40,063 nucleotides of DNA from an uncultured Planctomycetales bacterium (GTDB taxonomy: Bacteria > Omnitrophota > Gorgyraeia > Gygaellales > Profunditerraquicolaceae): NCBI GenBank assembly GCA_964588175.1, contig CAZPNW010000054.1, positions 1 through 40,063 of the forward strand. Reading direction: 5' to 3'. Below the pieces are notes generated by a model, which ran no database searches, had not been told where the DNA came from, and was given only the letters and a program-made list of their open reading frames with translations. Numbering within the stretch: position 1 is the first letter of the stretch; each line of letters opens with the position of its first letter. Positions 24,449 through 32,857 of this stretch are shown here, in pieces. The translations under genes were made by a program, and so were the position numbers.

Positions 24449-27295
24449 TTACCTGCACAAATACACAAACGGGCAATACTCGCAATACCTGCTGTCCTCT
24501 TCATCGGCCTTAAATGCGGCTTCGGGGTCAAAGATCTCACCGATAATAAAATCCAGCGCCGAAAGGTAAACCCCCATTAATTTATCTTTAGACAAAAGTT
24601 GCCCTTCATTCCTGAAAAGCATACGTAACCCATAATCTTTTCCCAGTTCTTTGATCAGGTACAGGCAGGCATTAGTCGTTTCCCTTTTATATTCCTTGTT
24701 TTCTTCGACCATGAACAGGTATAACGGCAGCTGTATCGACTTCAGGGTATGCTTGATCACCGGCCTGCTCCAAAGCACCTGGGCGGCCCCCGCTTCATCC
24801 AAAGAAGGCAGGATATCGGCACTGCCGGTCTTATAATCAAGAACGAGTATAGTACCCTCTGCGGTAACGTCGATCCGGTCAATAACCGCCTGAAATTTAA
24901 TCCTGCCCGGGGAAAGCTGGATTGACGATTTAAAGGATTTTTCCAGCCCGATAATACGCTGGACATCTCTTTTTCTTTCGTTCTCCAGGAAGCGTTCCAG
25001 CCGAAAGGTAAGGACCTCTTTGATAAGGAAGGCGTCTGATTTCATTTTCTTCTCAAATTCTTGCGAGAATTTCTTCTCGAAAGCCTGGAAAAACTCTTTT
25101 GTAAACGCATCGTCAATGCGCGGCTTTTGGCCGATGAAACGCCGGAATGTTTCATGCAACAGTTCATGGATAAAGGTACCGATATCCGCGCCCTCAGGCT
25201 CCTCCAAAAGATCCTCCTTCTCTTTCAGCCCTAAAACATACTGATAATAGAAGCGTAACGGGCAATGAATATAGGTATTGACGCTCGAAGCCGAATATTC
25301 ACGCTCACGCAGGAAACTGATGACCTGCGGTTTTTTCTTGATCTGGAGCCTTTGCGGTAAAACATTGACCTTAAAAGAAGCTTTCGGGATAGGCATGGCG
25401 CCGATAGTGCCGGTTTCTTTCTGGCGCTCCCAGATCAACTCCTCGATAAACCTGCTTTTTTCTTTATCCGCCCCCTGCTGATAGACCAAAAAAATGTTTT
25501 TTGCCGAAGCCAGGAGCCGCTTAAACTGGTAGCGCTGGATCTCCTCCTCTTTCTCAAGCCGGTTTAACCCCAGGTTGACCATAACCTCCCGGGGGATAAG
25601 CGGTTCATAGATCTGCAGGTTCGGCAACATCGATTCATTGACATCCATGATAATAACATTTTCGAAATTTAAAGACCGTGTCTCAAACAACCCGAGGATC
25701 TGCAAACCTTTCAGGGGAGAGCCGGAAAATGATATCTTTTCCGAATCCAGCTTATCCTTGACGATCTTAAAAATATCATTCTGAGAGAATTGTTCCTTTC
25801 CAAACGCCGCGTTCTTAAGCTCTTCCTGCACCTGGAACATCTTCTCCGCCATTTTTAGGTTCAGCGGATAATTGTGCATTGGGCTTTTATTGACGAGGCA
25901 TTCCAAGAAGCCCGCTAAGACAGACGCAAAGCCCTGAAAATCGCTCACCCCTTCCCAGGGGGAAAAGAGCAGTTCATGCAGCAGCCTCACTGCCGATTTC
26001 AAGCCGTCATAACAAGCATCAATGCCCATATTTTTCATCGTTGCCAGGGCAAGCTCATACAACTCCCGAGAATCCTGCAGGTCTAGCAGGTCAATAAAAA
26101 GGCTTCCGCCCAAAGGAGTTTTTTCCATCCCCAGCAGTATTTCTTCGATCTTATGCACCAGGACACGGGCTACTCCCGGATGATCCAGGATGAGGATATT
26201 CTTAACTAACGGATGGCTTAAAGCGCTTAAATAATCTTTGGCATAATACCTCCTGCCTTTTCTGGTCTCCTGCGCCTTGGCAATACAATCAAAAAGCGAA
26301 TACAAGGAGCTGCGGTTTAACGGGTACCCCATCGAAATGTTAAAATCACCGACACAAGAAGAAATTTCAGAAAGGAGCGGTATCACATGTTCAACTGCGG
26401 GAAGAACGATCACCGTTTTATCCAGATCAGAAACCCCCATCACCGCTTCACGCACCAGGCTTGCCTGAGAATGCACATCAAAACCCGCCTGGATCGAAAG
26501 TTTACCGGAAAAAACCTCTTTGTCGCGCGGCTGTATGGAACACGAGAAATCCTGCGCGGTTTTCTTTAAAACGCTCCAGCTGGTTTCATCCCCCTGGAAC
26601 AAAAGCGTGGCTAAATTCGATCCCCACAGATGTTTAATAACACGCTCTTCCGTCTTATGCATATAAAAGAACCCGGCAAAGATGATCTGGTCAAATTCCG
26701 GGAACTCAACCTCAGCGATACCGGCAGCGGCAGACAAATATACCAGCCCCCGGGAATACAAACTTCTTTTTCTTTGTTCACGGTGGTAGGCCTGACGGAT
26801 AGCAATGATGCTCGTTAATAAAACATTGATGTTTTCGGGGACATCGTAACCGATAGAAGCCTTATACTGGATATTTTCCAAAGGTTTGAGCGCGATATCC
26901 TCCAGGTCAAGTTGTTCGATAAATGCCTTGACTTCCCGCGCCCAGGGAAGGAACTTTGAGAAACTTTCCCTGCCTTTTAAGATATCTGCGGCAATACCCT
27001 GTGCCAGCGTATAGATCGTATAACAATCATCAAGGTCGGTAAGAGCGCCAAAAACCGTTTTTTTAGAAAATGAATATCCCATAAATTCATCAATAGAAAA
27101 GAACCGGGGAGGGGTGAATCCTTTATGGATCCTGCGGGATAATTCGCGTTTCAAGAAAAGCGCCGGACGCTTTCCCCCGAATACTACCGCGACCCTGCTT
27201 AAATCTTTGCCTGCGGCGACATACGTATCCTCAAGGAAACAGGAAAGCTTTTCAATAAAATCTTCGGATAAATTATACGTAACGATCTGGCCCAT
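24449..27295 (-). CDS. addB: AddB-like PD-(D/E)XK nuclease subunit with Fe-S cluster cysteines
   Basis: 948 aa. The C-terminal nuclease domain carries a Cys at IHCPLRFYY and a terminal CEYCPFVYLC (C-x2-C-x5-C). A DYK motif is present (VLDYKTG). The N-terminal region lacks a GxGKT Walker A. The gene lies directly downstream of addA. Confidence 0.75.
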   Translation of the reverse strand: MGQIVTYNLSEDFIEKLSCFLEDTYVAAGKDLSRVAVVFGGKRPALFLKRELSRRIHKGFTPPRFFSIDEFMGYSFSKKTVFGALTDLDDCYTIYTLAQGIAADILKGRESFSKFLPWAREVKAFIEQLDLEDIALKPLENIQYKASIGYDVPENINVLLTSIIAIRQAYHREQRKRSLYSRGLVYLSAAAGIAEVEFPEFDQIIFAGFFYMHKTEERVIKHLWGSNLATLLFQGDETSWSVLKKTAQDFSCSIQPRDKEVFSGKLSIQAGFDVHSQASLVREAVMGVSDLDKTVIVLPAVEHVIPLLSEISSCVGDFNISMGYPLNRSSLYSLFDCIAKAQETRKGRRYYAKDYLSALSHPLVKNILILDHPGVARVLVHKIEEILLGMEKTPLGGSLFIDLLDLQDSRELYELALATMKNMGIDACYDGLKSAVRLLHELLFSPWEGVSDFQGFASVLAGFLECLVNKSPMHNYPLNLKMAEKMFQVQEELKNAAFGKEQFSQNDIFKIVKDKLDSEKISFSGSPLKGLQILGLFETRSLNFENVIIMDVNESMLPNLQIYEPLIPREVMVNLGLNRLEKEEEIQRYQFKRLLASAKNIFLVYQQGADKEKSRFIEELIWERQKETGTIGAMPIPKASFKVNVLPQRLQIKKKPQVISFLREREYSASSVNTYIHCPLRFYYQYVLGLKEKEDLLEEPEGADIGTFIHELLHETFRRFIGQKPRIDDAFTKEFFQAFEKKFSQEFEKKMKSDAFLIKEVLTFRLERFLENERKRDVQRIIGLEKSFKSSIQLSPGRIKFQAVIDRIDVTAEGTILVLDYKTGSADILPSLDEAGAAQVLWSRPVIKHTLKSIQLPLYLFMVEENKEYKRETTNACLYLIKELGKDYGLRMLFRNEGQLLSKDKLMGVYLSALDFIIGEIFDPEAAFKADEEDSRYCEYCPFVYLCR

Positions 27296-27310
27296 AATCT
27301 CTCTTAACGT

Positions 27311-30300
27311 TTAAGAAACCTCTTGGGACTGCAAACTGTCTAAATAGATCAAAAGCCCGGTAACTTTTAAATGCGGATAGATATCTTTGACAACAGCGAT
27401 ATATTCCGTCATTTGTTCGTTGTATTCCGCCCGGGCCTCAGGTGAGCTCTTATAATCAATGATCCAGGCGTCTTGGGCGGTTACGACCAGGCGGTCAAGC
27501 CGCCTGGTTACGCCAAAACGGTCAACGATCTCTTTCTCCTGATACACCTTCCCCTCGGGCACATTAAAATAACGATCATACCGTTTATCTGCTAATAATG
27601 CCCCCACAACACCGGAATAGGCAGTTACGTCGGTAAGGGCGGGAAAACACATCCGGGCTTTTAAAAGAGCGCCGGTAAGCAATACCTGTTTATCAACGCC
27701 TGCGCAATTGCCAATACAGGAAAGAATATAATGGAACACCTCGCCCCGAAAGATCTCAGAGCGGGCATCGAGAGTATGCTCATCAATAAACTCATCCTTT
27801 AAAAGATGGATCCAGTCTTTATATGCCGCGGGCGGGATCTCCCGCGTAAGCCCCTGCGGGCGCTGCACTTCTCGAGATGCCTTCATATCTCCGAGAGACC
27901 CATACTCACGATCGTTTTCCGGCAAAAGAAAGCCGGCAATATTCGATCCCGTTTCTCCCTGAGGAGAAATAAAGATATAGAGTTCATCCTTCGGCCGGGT
28001 AGTGGCGACATAGATGCTGTTGAGCTCGTCGATGAATGCCTTGACATATTCATTGCGGTAGATCCGGGCCAGTGATGAAGAAAAATCAGCGTACCTTTTC
28101 TTCAGATACAACAATTTTAAACCCTCCGGCGCCGGGACAATGACCTCTTGTTCGGCTTTTACATTCATTTCTAAAAAAGGCAGGATAACTACGGGAAATT
28201 CCAGGCCCTTTGACTTATGGATCGTCAGCACTTTTATTGAATCGGTATTGGCGACGTTGACATAGAGGTCATCAGCGGAGGCTTGAGCAAAGAAATCCAG
28301 GAATACTTGAATACTCGGTTTCTTGTCTTCTACCTCTTTAATCAATTCTAAGAAACGCATAAAGAAGCCCTGATAGTCAGAAAACGCATCCAAAACGGCG
28401 AACCCGCGGTAAATACTGACGACCAATTCATATAACGGGACAAACCCGACACTCTTAAAAAAATCCTCAAAAAGACGGTCCCAGACTTCGGGGAAACGCG
28501 CCTTAAATTCCCGGTAGAGATAAACGGGCCCGGGAGAACTGCTGTGCAGCTTGAAAATAAAATCCTGGACCTGTTCGGTTGAGATCCCCGATGCCCGGGA
28601 AAAGATCTCCCCCAGTATAAAAGATGCGAACGATAAATTGTCGATCGGTGAATTCAGGAACATGAGAAAACTGACCAATTCTTTAATATAGGCGTTGGAT
28701 TTGATATTCAGTGTTTTATCCGATTCGACAGGGATATTCTCTTCCAGGAGCCAGGAGGTCAAAAGCTCGACCTGTTCATTCTTTCTCACAATAAAAGCGA
28801 TATCCTGCAGCGAGACTCCGCGCGCGGTCAAGCGCCTGAGGAGATCAATCACTACAGGCCTTAACGATTCAACACGTTCTTCTTTTGACTTATATTCAAT
28901 AAACATTGTTTTTACAAAACCACCGGGTTTGTTCTTGAGGGAATCCTGAGAGGACGACTTGAAGATACCGGTAATTTCCTCAATATCATTTTCGTCTAAC
29001 GCGAGCGATCCTTTTTTCTCGTCGGCAAGCGCCTTAAGGAACCTCCCGAGATTATCTTGAGAAAAAAGCATATTGTTAAAAGCAACAATCTCCCGGCGGC
29101 TGCGGTAATTAATCACGAGCGACTCTTCGATCAAATTAAAATCACGCAGGCGTTCTTTCTGAGATTCGATCAATGATACTTCACCTCCCCGGAAACGGTA
29201 GATCGCCTGTTTTTTATCTCCCACATAAAACAATGAGCCTCCGCATGAAAGCGCCTCTTGGATCATGATAAAAAGGTTTTCCCATTGCAGGCGGCTGGTA
29301 TCCTGGAATTCATCAAGCAAGAAATGCTTGAATCGGGTAGCCAGGCGGTAGTAAAGTTCAGGGAGGCCGAGGTTTTTCTCATCAAAAAGGTTACGCGCCT
29401 CTTTATTCAAAGCTTCCAGGAACAAAATATCGTCTTTACTGGCGGCTTGTTTTAAGTCGTCGAGCACACAGGTGAAGATAGCGACATAATAATTAAGCAT
29501 AAAAACCGATTCCAGTTCACAGAGCCCGGAAAGGCTGTTCCTGATCGTTCGCCAAAGCAAACGCAGTTCCTCCGGGACATCTTTTCCCTTATTAACCGGA
29601 GGCTCCTCACGTTTAAAATAGTCAGAAACTTTTTCAATCGAGAAATGATCATCATAACGTTCTAAGAATGCGATCAAACTGTTTTTAAACCCGGCATGAG
29701 TGCCGGCGGGCAGGCGATCTGAGAGCTTGCGAAAAAGTTTGATGATCTCTTCTTTCTTGGAAAACACCTGATCTGCGGTAGCGCTGGAAAGGAAAAATCC
29801 TCCCGCATAACGGTTGCTTTTTGAAAACAACGCCGTAATGATCCCTAAAATGTACTGTTTGGGGAACCACCCTGCCCTGTTTTCTATATAAATGTACTGG
29901 GTAAGGAAATTACTAAAAAGCTTGAGCACCTGGCTATCTGATAAAGCACGGTCGATCAACTTATCCAGGCTGTACGCGAGATATTCACGGTAATCTTTTT
30001 CTGTCTTAAACCTGGCAGAAAGGTCCAGTTTAAAGGCGCACCCGCTGAGGATAGCGTTAATAAAGCTATCGATGGTCTGGACCTGGAAAAAATTATAGTT
30101 TCGCAGTAAAGCATCCATGATCAGATGCGCTTTTTGGCGCGCGCTTGCCTCATCAATATGCAATGCATCCAGCAATAAGGCTTTTTCTTGAGGATGAATA
30201 AATGCATCCAACGCGATCCTTTTTAAGAGTTCCAAGATCCGCTCTTTCATTTCAAGAGCGGCCTTATTGGTAAAAGTGATCGCCAGGATAGAATGTATTG

Positions 30301-30442
30301 GGACTTCTGATACCGTAGAGCTTGCCTGCATGAGAAGTTGGATGTAACGCCTTGCTAATGCATACGTTTTACCCGAACCGGCAGAAGCTTCAACGATCAA
30401 AACCTGGGGGAACCTCAATAAACGCTGATCTTGATTATGCAT
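27311..30442 (-). CDS. addA: AddA-like UvrD-family helicase / PD-(D/E)XK nuclease subunit
   Basis: 1043 aa with Walker A (EASAGSGKTYAL), motif II (LLDEFQDTS), the helicase motif TIHKSKGLEF and VATTRPK. The C-terminal nuclease motif is RLDRLVV...IIDYKSS. Confidence 0.82.
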   Translation of the reverse strand: MHNQDQRLLRFPQVLIVEASAGSGKTYALARRYIQLLMQASSTVSEVPIHSILAITFTNKAALEMKERILELLKRIALDAFIHPQEKALLLDALHIDEASARQKAHLIMDALLRNYNFFQVQTIDSFINAILSGCAFKLDLSARFKTEKDYREYLAYSLDKLIDRALSDSQVLKLFSNFLTQYIYIENRAGWFPKQYILGIITALFSKSNRYAGGFFLSSATADQVFSKKEEIIKLFRKLSDRLPAGTHAGFKNSLIAFLERYDDHFSIEKVSDYFKREEPPVNKGKDVPEELRLLWRTIRNSLSGLCELESVFMLNYYVAIFTCVLDDLKQAASKDDILFLEALNKEARNLFDEKNLGLPELYYRLATRFKHFLLDEFQDTSRLQWENLFIMIQEALSCGGSLFYVGDKKQAIYRFRGGEVSLIESQKERLRDFNLIEESLVINYRSRREIVAFNNMLFSQDNLGRFLKALADEKKGSLALDENDIEEITGIFKSSSQDSLKNKPGGFVKTMFIEYKSKEERVESLRPVVIDLLRRLTARGVSLQDIAFIVRKNEQVELLTSWLLEENIPVESDKTLNIKSNAYIKELVSFLMFLNSPIDNLSFASFILGEIFSRASGISTEQVQDFIFKLHSSSPGPVYLYREFKARFPEVWDRLFEDFFKSVGFVPLYELVVSIYRGFAVLDAFSDYQGFFMRFLELIKEVEDKKPSIQVFLDFFAQASADDLYVNVANTDSIKVLTIHKSKGLEFPVVILPFLEMNVKAEQEVIVPAPEGLKLLYLKKRYADFSSSLARIYRNEYVKAFIDELNSIYVATTRPKDELYIFISPQGETGSNIAGFLLPENDREYGSLGDMKASREVQRPQGLTREIPPAAYKDWIHLLKDEFIDEHTLDARSEIFRGEVFHYILSCIGNCAGVDKQVLLTGALLKARMCFPALTDVTAYSGVVGALLADKRYDRYFNVPEGKVYQEKEIVDRFGVTRRLDRLVVTAQDAWIIDYKSSPEARAEYNEQMTEYIAVVKDIYPHLKVTGLLIYLDSLQSQEVS

Positions 30443-30542
30443 ACGGATAAAAGAGCCTTCCTGAAAAGAACCCGGGTTTTCACCCGTTGGAGAAAAAAAA
30501 CGGAGACCCTGACTTTAGACCGAGAATTCCACTTATTTTACC

Positions 30543-30570
30543 TTGACAAAGCCATGTTTTCAAGTATACT
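30543..30570 (+). promoter_or_regulatory. sigma70-like promoter candidate for rpmB
   Basis: TTGACA (30543-30548), a 16-nt spacer, then TATACT (30565-30570). The RBS GAGGTG lies 7 nt before the ATG at 30630. Confidence 0.5.
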
Positions 30571-30629
30571 TTTACTTCTAAGGTTAATTATATTTTAACA
30601 ACAAAATCTTTCAAATGAGGTGATTTAAC

Positions 30630-30857
30630 ATGTTAAAAAAGTGTGCTCTCTGTGGAAAAGGCCCTCTCACGGGTAAAAGCGTTGTGAGAAAAGGTGCTGC
30701 TAAGAAGAAAGGCGGAACCGGAAGTAAAATAGTCCGTAGTCACTTACGGAAATTCCTGCCTAACCTGCAAAAAATGCGCATAGTGATCGATAATCATCCG
30801 CAACGAGCCTATGTCTGCACAAAATGCCTCAAAAAAGGCAATATCAAGAAGGCTTAA
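30630..30857 (+). CDS. rpmB: 50S ribosomal protein L28 (Cys-containing zinc-ribbon form)
   Basis: 75 aa with an L28-like core (CALCGKGPLTGKSV...LRKFLPNLQKMRI...YVCTKCLKKG). It carries CxxC...CxxC. This is the only plus-strand gene in the window. Confidence 0.85.
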   Translation: MLKKCALCGKGPLTGKSVVRKGAAKKKGGTGSKIVRSHLRKFLPNLQKMRIVIDNHPQRAYVCTKCLKKGNIKKA

Positions 30858-30883
30858 TTGCGCCGTTGGCGGCACGCAAAATC

Positions 30884-30917
30884 AAAAGGCAAAAGTAATT
30901 TCTTACTTTTGCCTTTT
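30884..30917 (+). terminator. rpmB terminator hairpin (also heptamer word AAAAGNN, family D copy 2)
   Basis: AAAAGGCAAAAGTAA-TTTC-TTACTTTTGCCTTTT forms a perfect 15-bp stem followed by AGCTTTG. It lies 27 nt after the rpmB stop in the convergent gap with recJ. Confidence 0.65.
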
Positions 30918-30918
30918 A

Positions 30919-31002
30919 GCTTTGAATAAGCCATGCCTCTGGCGCTTATGGCTCACTAATTTTTGCTTTGCAAAAATAGCCCCGAGCCCTGCCGAGGGGT
31001 TA
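30919..31002 (-). repeat. dispersed 3'-flank structured repeat, family F copy 2
   Basis: GCTTTGAATAAGCCATGCCTCTGGCGCTTATGGCTCAC, then an inserted hairpin TTTTTGC-TTT-GCAAAAA, then CCCCGAGCCCTGCCGAGGGGTTA. The terminal TTA is the recJ stop codon. Confidence 0.8.
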
Positions 31003-32691
31003 TTTAAAGAATATTTCTTTTATCTCAAGGAGTAACGATTCCTCACCCTGCCAATTATCGATAACAGGGCTATATACTACATCAAAATATTCCGCAGCAA
31101 GCAAACTATCTTTAAAACTTCCCATGCCAAAGCCGATCGCTTGATAGGTAAATGTCCCGTCAGTGACCCAAAATTTCAATGTATCCCTGCCCATGACACG
31201 CGGCTGCCCTTTAAGCCGGAGGTTCCCGGTAAAAAACAAAGGCTGGCGATTACCCATACCGAAAGGTTCCAGTCTTGAAAGTTCCTGAACCAGCCCCTCG
31301 TCCATATCTGCAAGAGTCAATGCCATATCAATATCTATACTCGGCATCAAGTCAGTCATGGTTAAACGCTCATGAGCCAAAAGATTGATCTTATTACGGA
31401 AATCATCAACATTTTCTTTCGTTAAAGAAAGCCCCGTAGCATGCTGATGCCCCCCAAAGTTTTCCAAAAGCTCACGGCATTCAAGAATAGCTTCAAAAAG
31501 ATGAAAATTCTTAATAGACCGGCCTGAACCTTTACATAATCCTTCAGCTAAAGAGATCAATATAGTCGGACGGTAAAACCGTTCCGCCAGTTTTGCCGCG
31601 ACAATACCCAAAACACCGGTATGCCAACCTTCTTTTGCCACAACCATGACTTTATGTTCCTTGAAATTAACTTCTTTATCGATAATGGCTTGCGCCTCTT
31701 CTAAAATCGTGCTTTCTACTTTCTGACGCTGGCGGTTATGTTTTTCAACAGTTTCAACAAGCCTTTCTGCTTCTGCCTGATCCACACTCATCAGCAGGTT
31801 TAAAGCGACCTCAGCATTGTCGATACGGCCGCTGGCGTTAATACGCGGGCCAAGGATAAAACTTACAAAGCTGGGATTGATCTTTTTGTTCTTAATGCCG
31901 CTGGCTTCAATAAGCGTTTTAAGGCCCAGCCGTTTAGTATTGAACAGCAGGGAAAGGCCTTCTTTGGCAATGATACGGTTCTCACCCGTCAAAGGAACAG
32001 CATCCGCAATAGTACCTAAAGCAACCAGGTCTAACTCATCAAACAAGGTATCTCGGCACAGAGCCTGGCAGAATTTGTACGCAACACCCACACCTGCCAG
32101 GTCACGATAGCGGTATCCGGAATTACTTACTTTTGGATTGATCATCGCTGAAGCATAATCGTGGCCATGGTTCTCCAACGGCTCATGATGGTCAGTCACG
32201 ATCACGTCAACCCCCATGCCCCGCAATGCTTTTATCTGCTCAAAACTATTAGTCCCGCAGTCCGCCGTAATAACGACTTTCACCTGTTTTTCTTTAACAA
32301 GTTCGAAAACCTTCTTATTAAGGCCGTATCCCTCTTTAACCCTGTCCGGGATATAATGGAACGTTTCCAATCCCATCCTTGCCAACGTATTTTCAAGCAG
32401 GGTAAGCGATGTTAAACCATCAACATCATAATCGCTAAAAACCAAAACCTTTTCCTTAGTTTTACAGGCCCGCCTGACAATATCTACCGCCTGAGCCATC
32501 TGCAGGAATGAATACGGATCAAGAAGGTCAACGAGGCTGGGATTAAGGAACTTTTCCGCGGCACCGGGAGTCTCAATCCCGCGGTTTATTAAGAGTTGCG
32601 CGAGGACCTTAGAAATCCCTAACTCTTTACTCAAGACTTCATGCAACGCGCGATTCAGGGAAGCTATATGTAAGACCTTACGGGTATGCAT
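31000..32691 (-). CDS. recJ: single-stranded-DNA-specific exonuclease RecJ
   Basis: 563 aa with DHH motifs (VFSDYDVDGLTS, ITADCG, VIVTDHH) and the DHHA1 region (GGHQHATG). Confidence 0.93.
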   Translation of the reverse strand: MHTRKVLHIASLNRALHEVLSKELGISKVLAQLLINRGIETPGAAEKFLNPSLVDLLDPYSFLQMAQAVDIVRRACKTKEKVLVFSDYDVDGLTSLTLLENTLARMGLETFHYIPDRVKEGYGLNKKVFELVKEKQVKVVITADCGTNSFEQIKALRGMGVDVIVTDHHEPLENHGHDYASAMINPKVSNSGYRYRDLAGVGVAYKFCQALCRDTLFDELDLVALGTIADAVPLTGENRIIAKEGLSLLFNTKRLGLKTLIEASGIKNKKINPSFVSFILGPRINASGRIDNAEVALNLLMSVDQAEAERLVETVEKHNRQRQKVESTILEEAQAIIDKEVNFKEHKVMVVAKEGWHTGVLGIVAAKLAERFYRPTILISLAEGLCKGSGRSIKNFHLFEAILECRELLENFGGHQHATGLSLTKENVDDFRNKINLLAHERLTMTDLMPSIDIDMALTLADMDEGLVQELSRLEPFGMGNRQPLFFTGNLRLKGQPRVMGRDTLKFWVTDGTFTYQAIGFGMGSFKDSLLAAEYFDVVYSPVIDNWQGEESLLLEIKEIFFK

Positions 32692-32712
32692 ACGTATTAT
32701 TGGTTACGGATA

Positions 32713-32816
32713 GGGTTAAGATGTTTGTTTGGCTGTTGGGTAAAGTAGTTAGGTTATTTTAAACCCAACTACTTTACCTAACCACTAAACTAACTGCTTT
32801 CCCTTGACCTAACTAC
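32713..32816. repeat. dispersed structured intergenic repeat, family A copy 2
   Basis: It has the same ordered blocks as 702-800: GTTTGGCTGT at 32727-36, AAGTAGTTAGGTT at 32743-55, AACTACT at 32767-73, TACCTAAC at 32775-82 and AAACTAA at 32787-93. The hairpin GGTAAAGTAGTTAGGTT / AACCCAACTACTTTACC pairs at 16 of 17 positions. Confidence 0.75.
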
Positions 32817-32857
32817 AAAAAACAAGTACTTATATTCTTAACCTTTATTATTTCTCA

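Noticed and set aside
30811-31035. 74-aa plus-strand ORF downstream of rpmB.
   Set aside because: It spans the rpmB terminator hairpin, the family F repeat and the 3' end of recJ. No RBS is visible. I judge it spurious.
32692-32857. T-box or other leader upstream of aminoacyl-tRNA synthetase or trp genes (argS upstream 34499-34560, trpB upstream 39615-39685).
   Set aside because: The gaps upstream of argS and trpB are only 62 and 71 nt. They are too short for a T-box, and no specifier or T-box motif is visible. The 166-nt gap here lies downstream of argS and is explained by repeat family A.
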